From a virus (lineage: Duplodnaviria > Caudoviricetes): a stretch of DNA of 45,802 nt. Shown here one piece after another: positions 27,515 to 35,111 of this stretch (position 1 is the stretch's first letter; the number at the start of each line of letters is the position of its first letter). Below the pieces are notes generated by a model. The model saw only the letters and a program-made list of their open reading frames with translations, was not told where the DNA came from and searched no databases. The position numbers and the translations under genes are program-made. The stretch covers positions 1 to 45,802 of the IMG/VR virus record IMGVR_UViG_3300023270_000003, one strand, 5' to 3'.

Positions 27515-28876
27515 TTAGGCGGCAAGAGCCGGGCCAACGCCGAGAATCGCAAGTGCATCTCTATTTGAGAGGTTTAAGAAAACTCTACGTGAGCCTTCTT
27601 CTGGAGGTGGGGGCATGTTCAGGTCAATGTAAGAGGGTTCGTGCAAAGGCACGCCATCAAGCAACTCATCATCCACCACATATTGCTCAACATCTGGCAC
27701 GACGCTAAGAGTTGGAACCTCCAAAGCTGCATATGGAAGACTTGGAGCTAGTGAATCGCAGTCAGTGTTGAGCCAATCATGGAAAATCTGCAGGAGATAG
27801 ACCACAGCCTCCACTGCCAGCGCAGACTCACGAAACATCGGTAAAAGCCGGCACTCGACGGTCTTGTGCTCTCCCCATGCCAAGAAATTCAGCTGCATGT
27901 ACCTGTCTTCGTGATTGAAAGGGGAGAATTCGGTTCCCAAGTCATCACGCAAGTAATTGGCCGGTCGCTCCACGTTCTGATGGCAATAGTCGTTCTCTCC
28001 AGCCAACCTTCGTCGGAGACTGTGCCACACAGGAAGGCCCTTAGCGTCCGCCCAAGCCAGCCACTTGGCACGGAAGTACTCGAAGAAAGCCTGGCTATAA
28101 AGCTGCGAGATGTGGGTGTCGCTCAGGAACGACACATGCACATGCATGCCGCAAGAGTAGTCGGTGGAGTCTGGGTAAAACTTCACTAACTGGCGCAGGG
28201 CCTCGATAACCGTGCCTGGCTTGGTCTGCACCTCGCGGGCTCCGCAGTAAGGCTCCGACGTCCAGTGGCCACGGATACTGCCATCGCCGCAAGATGTGGC
28301 ACCCGCAGCCCGCACTTCGCGAATTAGAGCGTCCGTGTCAGAAAACCGCCCCTCAATCTCGATGCCAACCTTATCGTAGACCCTGTTTATTTCGCAGGTC
28401 CTACTATTATGACCTGGAAACCCACACAACTTGCAGCCGTAGGCGGTGTATGGGGATTGAGTGGTGCGAGTACAGAGGACCCCGTTCTCTGTGTGAGCGA
28501 TGTTCACCATGTAGCTTTCTTTGGGGAATTCCCCATTAAGCACAACGCAGCTTCGTGCGGCGGTAGGGTGCGCGGCGCGTAGTTCTGCAGGGCTATCGTA
28601 ACTTTGCAGAGAAATTACGTTTCCGTTGCTATCACAGGGAAAGTATTTTCCTGCAATGGTATAGCCAGGAGGCAGCGAAATCCTATCAAAATTGAACCTA
28701 GCTCTGGTCGAACTAAATAGACCGCGGTTCCTGCAGAATGCATCCACTTCCTCCAAAGTAGCAGAATCGGGGCAGTACAGGGCAAGCTCCCCCTCACTGC
28801 TGAAGTATTCGTTGGGCTCAATATGTGAGTTATTCCCGCCCATGAAGTTGTGTTGCGAAACAAGAAATATCTTCAT
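27515..28876 (-). CDS. Amidoligase (COOH-NH2 ligase type 2) with CCHC zinc knuckle
   Basis: GIEIE, DGSI, EV, CGMHVHV, RY..LN, TVECR; CKLCGFPGHNSRTC. Confidence 0.88.
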   Translation of the reverse strand: MKIFLVSQHNFMGGNNSHIEPNEYFSSEGELALYCPDSATLEEVDAFCRNRGLFSSTRARFNFDRISLPPGYTIAGKYFPCDSNGNVISLQSYDSPAELRAAHPTAARSCVVLNGEFPKESYMVNIAHTENGVLCTRTTQSPYTAYGCKLCGFPGHNSRTCEINRVYDKVGIEIEGRFSDTDALIREVRAAGATSCGDGSIRGHWTSEPYCGAREVQTKPGTVIEALRQLVKFYPDSTDYSCGMHVHVSFLSDTHISQLYSQAFFEYFRAKWLAWADAKGLPVWHSLRRRLAGENDYCHQNVERPANYLRDDLGTEFSPFNHEDRYMQLNFLAWGEHKTVECRLLPMFRESALAVEAVVYLLQIFHDWLNTDCDSLAPSLPYAALEVPTLSVVPDVEQYVVDDELLDGVPLHEPSYIDLNMPPPPEEGSRRVFLNLSNRDALAILGVGPALAA

Positions 28877-28888
28877 GACTCAGTCTAC

Positions 28889-29917
28889 CTATCCCGCCAC
28901 GCGCTTATGAATGCTCACTCGGATATCCACCGGCTGGTAATGTTCCAGCACGCGACGGACTGCGTCATGTGCCGTACGGCAAAGAGAGGTAAGTCTGGTA
29001 CGAGTGGGGGGAGTGTTGAAAACCCCCGTCAGGTCAATCCGCAGCGGGTACTCGCGTCGCAGGAAAGGGCTCGTGCTGAGAACGTTACCCGAGAGCACGC
29101 GGTTGGTTTCCGGCTGGTCCTGATAGACGCCGCCAGTGTGTGGGACGCCGATAAGGTCCAAGTGGTCATGCAGTGCCTTTGCATTGATGACCAGTTCCAG
29201 TCTATTCGTTGGCTTGCTTCGGCTGATTCCCACGTCAACGAGAAGGTTGGGGGCTTGCGGGGCCGGTTCCGGGGCAAAAACAGCGGGAACGGTATTAATT
29301 TCGTTGGGCACAGTGACCTCGGGAGTGGGTGAAGCGGGTGAAGCGGGTGAAAGAATCTCTGGAGAGAGAATGTAGGTGGAGAGTCGATAATTGGCAAGAA
29401 TTTCCTGCCTGGCCTTGTAGCTTTCGACGGTTCTGCGACATAACCTACACACTGAGCAGTTGCAGTTTTCCGCAATTTCTGCAATCGCAGCCTGATAATC
29501 TTGCTCTGTAATCTCGTGCGCTGGACCGCCGGAGACTGTGTGCGAGTAACCTGGGGCGTACTCATAGATACCATCGCAGCTCATACTACGGTAATTTCCA
29601 TGGGCCTGTGGAGGGTAAAACTGAATCACCTCTGTGAGGGAGCCGTAAGTTGACGTCGTCCACTCATTTATCGCTGAAGACCAATACTGCACAACGGCAG
29701 GGCTTGAGCGAAATGCCGGGCCATCGCCCGCGGGATTAGCACAATATCCAGGAAGGTACCTCACAATACCGGAATTGCTAATAATCCTGTATCGGTTCTC
29801 CTCGTATGATTCGATATTAACCTCCGAGGAGACAGTACGAGTTGATGGAACCCAGTATCCGTCGCCAAAGGTTACCCAGTATTCCAGTACTTCCCCCGGT
29901 TCAATTCTAACCAGCAT
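28889..29917 (-). CDS. Hypothetical multidomain protein upstream of amidoligase
   Basis: GGAGG RBS before 29917; two internal repeats, CxCxxCxxC, possible internal GTG start at 29311. Confidence 0.55.
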   Translation of the reverse strand: MLVRIEPGEVLEYWVTFGDGYWVPSTRTVSSEVNIESYEENRYRIISNSGIVRYLPGYCANPAGDGPAFRSSPAVVQYWSSAINEWTTSTYGSLTEVIQFYPPQAHGNYRSMSCDGIYEYAPGYSHTVSGGPAHEITEQDYQAAIAEIAENCNCSVCRLCRRTVESYKARQEILANYRLSTYILSPEILSPASPASPTPEVTVPNEINTVPAVFAPEPAPQAPNLLVDVGISRSKPTNRLELVINAKALHDHLDLIGVPHTGGVYQDQPETNRVLSGNVLSTSPFLRREYPLRIDLTGVFNTPPTRTRLTSLCRTAHDAVRRVLEHYQPVDIRVSIHKRVAG

Positions 29918-30392
29918 CTTGCCCCTCCTGACCCCCCTGACCCTCCTGACCCTCTTGTTGCTCCTTGGGCACAAAAATGAACCGGCTATTGTCCATGCTC
30001 ATAAAGCTATCGCCCATGTTGCGCTCATGCTCGTCAAGCGCCGCCAGGTCAAGAGCCAGAAACGGGGCAAGGGTGAAGCCATCATAATTGGCCGCGGTTT
30101 GCAGGTGACCGTAGCAAATCAAGTCAAAGCGGTTCATAGGCCAGAAGTCTTTGACACTAATCCAGTCATGAGGCACCCGGGCCAACGCGTCATAAATCTC
30201 CCCCTCGTAGTTGAGAATGTCGCATCGGTCCATGTCACCAGGCCCGAAGTTGGGCGTTGACACAGGCCACCCCATCTCGGTAACCCGCATCGTTTTGAGG
30301 GTGCCATCGGGCTGCACCGCCTTGTGCACACGGACAGGGGTTACTTTATCCCCAACTCGCTCGTATCGAACGAAGGCAGAAGAATACGGCAT
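29907..30392 (-). CDS. Hypothetical protein with QEG-repeat tail
   Basis: GAGGAG RBS before 30392; ends EQQEGQEGQGGQEGQDAG. Confidence 0.6.
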   Translation of the reverse strand: MPYSSAFVRYERVGDKVTPVRVHKAVQPDGTLKTMRVTEMGWPVSTPNFGPGDMDRCDILNYEGEIYDALARVPHDWISVKDFWPMNRFDLICYGHLQTAANYDGFTLAPFLALDLAALDEHERNMGDSFMSMDNSRFIFVPKEQQEGQEGQGGQEGQDAG

Positions 30393-30393
30393 G

Positions 30394-30750
30394 TTACTTG
30401 CTCCTCTTGGTCTTAGGAATCTTCGGGAAAATTGGGGTAAGAACATACCCCATACGCGGCCAGCCCTCACGAATCATCTGTGCCGCTTTTGCCCATGAAT
30501 AGGCTTGCTCGTAGTCGTAGCCGGCCGAGAAGAACATTGAGTCGGCCAAATGGGCGGCAGTCTCTGAGTCATCCGTGTGTAGGATGTAGTCTCCAAGCGG
30601 ATGAGTTTTGCCAAAAAGATGCAACCCAACCCCCCAGGCGTCTTCTGCCCAGCCGTCGGTATCACCGTGCAGCGCCACAGTACAAGCCATCACATCACAG
30701 ATACGTGCAGCCATTTGCCGCACTTTCTTACTATAGACAGCTCTCGCCAT
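30394..30750 (-). CDS. Hypothetical early protein
   Basis: Start MARAVYSK follows upstream stop. Confidence 0.55.
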   Translation of the reverse strand: MARAVYSKKVRQMAARICDVMACTVALHGDTDGWAEDAWGVGLHLFGKTHPLGDYILHTDDSETAAHLADSMFFSAGYDYEQAYSWAKAAQMIREGWPRMGYVLTPIFPKIPKTKRSK

Positions 30751-30751
30751 G

Positions 30752-30976
30752 TTACTTGACCCCCCGAACAGTAAGCTCGGTGTCAATCTCCTGTCGGAGG
30801 GCCAGCAAGGCTGAGTTGGACATCGGATGCTCGCCACCTCTGATAGATTTGATTGCGAATCCCGTTCCGTCTACAACGTAGAATTCTCCATCAGGAAGCT
30901 CCGGGCATCCTACGAAATCTTCGTACGGAATGCCCAAATTCTTACTTTCGCACAACAGCATCAAAAACCTACGCAT
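30752..30976 (-). CDS. Hypothetical early protein
   Basis: GAGG RBS. Confidence 0.5.
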   Translation of the reverse strand: MRRFLMLLCESKNLGIPYEDFVGCPELPDGEFYVVDGTGFAIKSIRGGEHPMSNSALLALRQEIDTELTVRGVK

Positions 30977-31126
30977 GTATCCTCACCAGAAGCCCTTGCG
31001 GGCGAAAATCGAAGCAAAATTGCTCCATGAGGCTTCACAAACTCGGCCACCTAACCCCCGGTACCAACGCCCCGCGCACTTATGTGGAGCCCTAGCAACA
31101 TCTTTGCCACCCTACAACTCCTTTTC

Positions 31127-31199
31127 TCCTAGTGGAAAGTAAGAGACCAGCCGACCCTCTCCCCCGAGCGGTCTCTTGGTCCCTCACCCGCCACTAAGA
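31127..31199 (-). promoter_or_regulatory. Long irregular intergenic hairpin (RNase III-like processing site?)
   Basis: UCUUAGUGG/CCACUAGGA and GUGAGGGACCA/UGGUCUCUUAC helices. Confidence 0.45.
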
Positions 31200-31206
31200 A
31201 CTAGAA

Positions 31207-31654
31207 CTAGGTATGATTGTGATTACTTATGCCATTTTGCCCGACCGGCAACTTAGGGACCGGTGCCGGTAACAGGCCGAGCAACTCTCGCATGTAGCGG
31301 ATGGTGCTGTCAATAGCTTGTCTACTACTGGCCGGCTGCACGAGGCCACCTTTCTCGCTCCCCAGCACACCAACCAAGCTGAGGTTAGTGCGCCGCCAAT
31401 CCACCGTCCGCAGCGCATCCAGACGCAGTGCCCGAGCTTCAGGACTCAGCTCAGAGTGATACAGGTCATGCCCCACCACACTCAGCGCCGCCAGCACCAC
31501 TGAGGTGCGCGTCAAGAATTCATCTCGAGTCGCCTCACGCCAAGGTAGCAAACCCGCCAGCATCGTGATGTACTCCCACAGCCCGGCTTTCGCGGCAGGT
31601 TCGATGGCGCTTGATGCCCTTGCGGACGTTCGTGTGGTACTTGGAAGTGTTCAT
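31207..31654 (-). pseudogene. DndB/DGQHR-family gene lacking its core (frameshifted/deleted)
   Basis: C-terminus VVLAAL..VG..L...L..VDW.R.N...I....Y.R.LLGL resembles DndB family; RBS-backed ATG 31654 is out of frame. Confidence 0.6.
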
Positions 31655-31759
31655 GTTCCGTTCCTTATTGTCTTGCTAGATTTGCCCAGCACCGACATGG
31701 TGTGGGGCCAACACAGCAGTACAACTTCAAAATCAACTATTCAGTTGTCATCTTATCTC

Positions 31760-31915
31760 TTACCTGTCTAACTCGTCTATCCTTACCCAAGACATCCAAA
31801 AACGTTGAATCACCGCAGTGACGAACAGCTTAGGACATTTTAAGCAAGACGACCGACATGGGCAGGTTGAGTAGGTTTCTACTCTAGCGCGAACAGTTCC
31901 AAGCCGCGTTATCAT
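31760..31915 (-). CDS. Hypothetical protein (51 aa, Cys-rich)
   Basis: GAGG RBS; MITRLGTVRARVETYSTCPCRSSCLKC... Confidence 0.45.
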   Translation of the reverse strand: MITRLGTVRARVETYSTCPCRSSCLKCPKLFVTAVIQRFWMSWVRIDELDR

Positions 31916-31945
31916 GGTGCCTCGACTTAGCCTAGCGCCGTCAGG

Positions 31946-32227
31946 CTACCGACGATAATCCACGTACACCACTGAATCCCAGTAGGTGCCTGGCCCCTGC
32001 GTTGCCGAACCAACCTCGACCCTGTAGCCCAGCCCATAAATGCGCTGCGCCATGACAGTAGCCAGCTCGAAGGCTGCAGAAGCGGTTTGGCCCGAGAACT
32101 CCAGCGTGATGCCATTCATCTCAACGTTGGCAGAGAAGTTGGTCTTTCCAACCATGGCGCAGATGGCGCGAGTGTAGGCGGCGAAGTTGACGGGGTGGAC
32201 TCGGTCGGTGTCAATCAGGCTCGTCAT
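31946..32227 (-). CDS. Hypothetical early protein
   Basis: 3' part of track ORF; upstream part overlaps another gene and the ribozyme. Confidence 0.55.
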   Translation of the reverse strand: MTSLIDTDRVHPVNFAAYTRAICAMVGKTNFSANVEMNGITLEFSGQTASAAFELATVMAQRIYGLGYRVEVGSATQGPGTYWDSVVYVDYRR

Positions 32228-32265
32228 GAGATTCAACCTAGCAGCTCTGGAGGTTGGGGTCAAGC

Positions 32266-32442
32266 TCAGATGGCAGCGAGGAGAGCGCGGGCGTTGTAGG
32301 CCAGAGCCGGGTTCTGCATCCTGCATGCCATGTCCAGCGCCATCACAGCGCACTTGCGGGCCAGGGCGGGCTTGCGCATCGCGTAGAGGCAGGCAAACTC
32401 CATCTCGGCGCGATAGGACAGGGTCATCATTGCGTGCGACAT
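32266..32442 (-). CDS. Hypothetical early protein
   Basis: GGAG RBS before 32442. Confidence 0.55.
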   Translation of the reverse strand: MSHAMMTLSYRAEMEFACLYAMRKPALARKCAVMALDMACRMQNPALAYNARALLAAI

Positions 32443-32482
32443 GTTGGGCTCCAGGAAGCCTCTTGCGAGGCGGTTGCAGCGT

Positions 32483-32533
32483 GGTCTCGTCAGTGCTGGC
32501 GTCACCAGCAGACCCCAAGGTGGGGTTTCGACC
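32483..32533 (-). ncRNA. Type II hammerhead ribozyme
   Basis: GGUC-GAAA-CCCC accuu GGGG-UC^-UGCUGG ugacg CCAGCA-CUGACGA-GACC; complete core and three paired stems; cut between 32511 and 32510. Confidence 0.92.
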
Positions 32534-32540
32534 TATCGGC

Positions 32541-32822
32541 TCAGTCCTCGGTGGCCGTATCGTTCATCTTGTGCCAGGTGTCCACCATGACGTTCCAGCT
32601 GTGGGTAGACCAGGTGCTGCTGGGCAGTTCGGCGGGGCATGGGCGGATGTCGTTCCAGAGGTTGTCCAAGTCGGCGCCCGACTTAAATGCCAGTTCGGCA
32701 CAGATTTTGGCGGCAGTCGCACACGCCTCACCGTTGCCGATGGCTTCCTCGCTCACGGCCAAGTACCCCGCCTTCAGCGCCTTCATGTACACGGCAGTCT
32801 CGATGCGGTTCATGCTGGTCAT
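32541..32822 (-). CDS. Hypothetical protein, probable first early gene
   Basis: GAGG RBS before 32822. Confidence 0.6.
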   Translation of the reverse strand: MTSMNRIETAVYMKALKAGYLAVSEEAIGNGEACATAAKICAELAFKSGADLDNLWNDIRPCPAELPSSTWSTHSWNVMVDTWHKMNDTATED

Positions 32823-32854
32823 GGTGTCTGTCCTCGCCTCCTGACTGGGAGTAG

Positions 32855-32870
32855 TGCACAGTCGAGGCCA
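32855..32870 (-). promoter_or_regulatory. Candidate sigma54 promoter of first early gene
   Basis: TGGCCTCGACTGTGCA (GG-N10-GC), suitably placed upstream of RBS. Confidence 0.35.
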
Positions 32871-33116
32871 GATTTGGGTCACCAGGATTCGGGCGCTTGC
32901 GAGGCTGGCGAGGCTGCACTGGCGTTCAGTAGTGTGCGCGTGGGCACGGTGACTGTACGCAAGCCCACAATTCGAGCTGCAAGTGCATGAGATTGTTCAG
33001 GGTCTGCCGCACTGCGTTGAAGTGTGCGCTGGGGCTCGGTGGGCGCTGGCGCACAGTGGGGTGTTGAGTTACAGTGAGGCTGGATGACCCTCGCTCAGTC
33101 GCCGCTGGGCTATTCT

Positions 33117-33285
33117 TGCAAGAATTGAGCCAGGAGATGTGGCACGAACTGTGCTTGATTAGCCTCAGCTCTATGCAAATCTCATGCCAACAATTTCCTT
33201 GCAAAATTCATGCCACTAACATCTCCTTGCAAGAATTGTGCCAAGAAGGGTGTGTTCCCTTTGGGAAGTTGGCACGGGACTTGCC
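33117..33285. repeat. Array of six sigma54-type -24/-12 boxes (TGGC-N9-GC)
   Basis: Minus: 33117-32, 33174-89, 33200-15, 33228-43; plus: 33140-55, 33270-85. Confidence 0.75.
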
Positions 33286-33896
33286 TTACCTATCCCACAC
33301 TGGAATAAATTTTTGAAATCTTCCTACGCACTGCGTCAATATTAGCCTATCCACTTCGATTTGGCACATTAGAGAAGTGGAATCAGCACTTAGCGAGATT
33401 TATCGAGCATACTGACCTAATAGCGAGCGAAGCGAGCCTATACCCCCATTAGCGAACGAATGTGAGCATACAGACAGCCTGTGCGGCTGGGAAGGCAGAG
33501 GGCAGAAGCTTTTTAGAAATGTATAAGACTTACTCTGCGAATGAAACTTTTCGAAGAAAAATTCATGAGCGCGAGAGCCGAACACTAATCTTGTCTAGCC
33601 TCAATCTCATTCGGCGATCGCAATCTGCGTTGAAGGTAGTCTAGAGAGCGAAGCTTAGAAATCGTATGCGCGATGTCGATTTCCTGTCAAAAAGTTGCAT
33701 TAATAAGATTGCGTGTGGTACACTAAGAACGTAGAACAGAGACGGAGGGCAGAAGCGCTTCAACTTCGTTTCAGCGTGCAAATGTCTATCGCATTTGCTC
33801 ACAGTAAGTGAGGAATGAATGCAGAGAGGCAGAGCGGAGTTCTTGTTCCGGGGAGGACTTGTACCTACATCTCCTGAATTAAATTCTGTATTCTGC

Positions 33897-33924
33897 TTGA
33901 CACTTTGTGCTAAGTGGCTATACT
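33897..33924 (+). promoter_or_regulatory. sigma70-type late promoter
   Basis: TTGACA-N16-TATACT upstream of packaging operon. Confidence 0.7.
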
Positions 33925-33938
33925 TAAACTTGGTAGGA

Positions 33939-33993
33939 ACGACGCCCCAAACGCACAAGCATAACCTAGTCGTGACAGGCCGGAGAGACGGTC
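33939..33993 (+). promoter_or_regulatory. Structured late leader ending in GACAG-GCCGGAGAGACGGUC hairpin
   Basis: ACGAC/GUCGU helix then motif shared with 24778-24796. Confidence 0.45.
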
Positions 33994-34052
33994 TTTATTA
34001 AATTTAGAGTCCTGAGTTAGCCCTCCCTAACAAGGTTAGAAGGCACCTCGCT

Positions 34053-34445
34053 ATGAAAGTGGCTGAGGCAGGATTCGCCGAAAGGCTCCTAATGGCTGGT
34101 AAGAACGAAGTCTTCGTTAAGCTTAAGGACGAGCTTGACAAGACGATTAAGCTAGTAGTCCATGCCCGTGAGTCGCTTGATAACGAGCTTGACTCCGAAT
34201 GGGCACAGAAGAAGCTCTCAGTGGACAAGGCATTCCTTGCCAAGCTGAAGGAGCTAACATCTTCTTTCAATAGCCTCACAGAGAGTAAGATTCGTCTCGA
34301 CAAGGCTGAGAAGGCTATCGAGGCTGAGTTGACTCCTGCTGAGGAGCGAGATGCCGTAAAGCGGTACCTAATGGATATGGTGCCGAGCGACATGGTGCAG
34401 CTTGTCAAGGAGGCGCGTGAGGCGAGGGGAGTGGTAGAGCATTAA
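34053..34445 (+). CDS. Putative terminase small subunit
   Basis: Helical protein, first late gene upstream of TerL; alternative start 34092. Confidence 0.5.
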   Translation: MKVAEAGFAERLLMAGKNEVFVKLKDELDKTIKLVVHARESLDNELDSEWAQKKLSVDKAFLAKLKELTSSFNSLTESKIRLDKAEKAIEAELTPAEERDAVKRYLMDMVPSDMVQLVKEAREARGVVEH

Positions 34446-34446
34446 C

Positions 34447-34875
34447 ATGCCTTCGGCTAGCAAATTTACTATCCGTCCTGCTGAGGCCGGTGACATAAAG
34501 TTCATTATGTCTTCCTGGAAGCAGTCATGGCGTGTATCTCCTTGGGCCGGATGTGTGCGGAATGATGAGTACTTTGACTCCATCTCCAGCACCATTGAGG
34601 GCCTAATTGCACGCGGTGCCACATTACAGGTAGCGTGTCCCGAGTCCTCACCTGACCGAATTGCAGGGTGGATTTGCAGCGAGCAACTTCCTGACGGCCT
34701 CTGCTGTGTCCATTACCTGTACGTGAAAGACCCCTTTCTGGGGATGAAGATTGGAGACTCTCTTGTCGAAGCAGCTTCCGGCAAAAAGCCAGGACTCTAT
34801 ACTTTCCGATTCCGCCAAGTTGCAGAAGCCTGTCAAGGCTGGCGCCACGCCCCCGAAGTTGCCAGACGAAAGTAG
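34447..34875 (+). CDS. GNAT-family acetyltransferase
   Basis: IRPAEAGDI, IAGW, VHYLYVKDPFLGMKIG..L acetyl-CoA motif A. Confidence 0.75.
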   Translation: MPSASKFTIRPAEAGDIKFIMSSWKQSWRVSPWAGCVRNDEYFDSISSTIEGLIARGATLQVACPESSPDRIAGWICSEQLPDGLCCVHYLYVKDPFLGMKIGDSLVEAASGKKPGLYTFRFRQVAEACQGWRHAPEVARRK

Positions 34876-35104
34876 CGTTGGCCGCGAACCAGACAAGGCA
34901 ATCCCTGTCAAGGCGCTGCACTTCAAGACCTCTGTCAAGTGGCCTGAGAAAGCCGGCGCCGGTACTTGCCTCACCGTGGGTACTCCCGGCATGTCTCGCA
35001 GCAACTCGGTCGTGTATTGCGACTCCATCTTCCTGTACCGCAATGAGTTTTGCATTGACGGTCGCTGGTGGCTTAGTAAGGCCGATGTTATTTGGGAATT
35101 CTAA
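34859..35104 (+). CDS. Hypothetical protein
   Basis: Fills gap before TerL; start uncertain. Confidence 0.45.
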   Translation: MPDESSVGREPDKAIPVKALHFKTSVKWPEKAGAGTCLTVGTPGMSRSNSVVYCDSIFLYRNEFCIDGRWWLSKADVIWEF

Positions 35105-35111
35105 GTGAGAC

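Noticed and set aside
32187-32990. Long plus-strand ORFs in the GC-rich early region
   Set aside because: Antisense to RBS-backed genes and the ribozyme
33117-33285. Mini-CRISPR array
   Set aside because: Repeats are 16 bp, degenerate, mixed in orientation, with irregular short spacers
33965-33995. ZTP (pfl) riboswitch
   Set aside because: Only GUCGUGAC similarity; helix order and downstream pseudoknot hairpin do not fit
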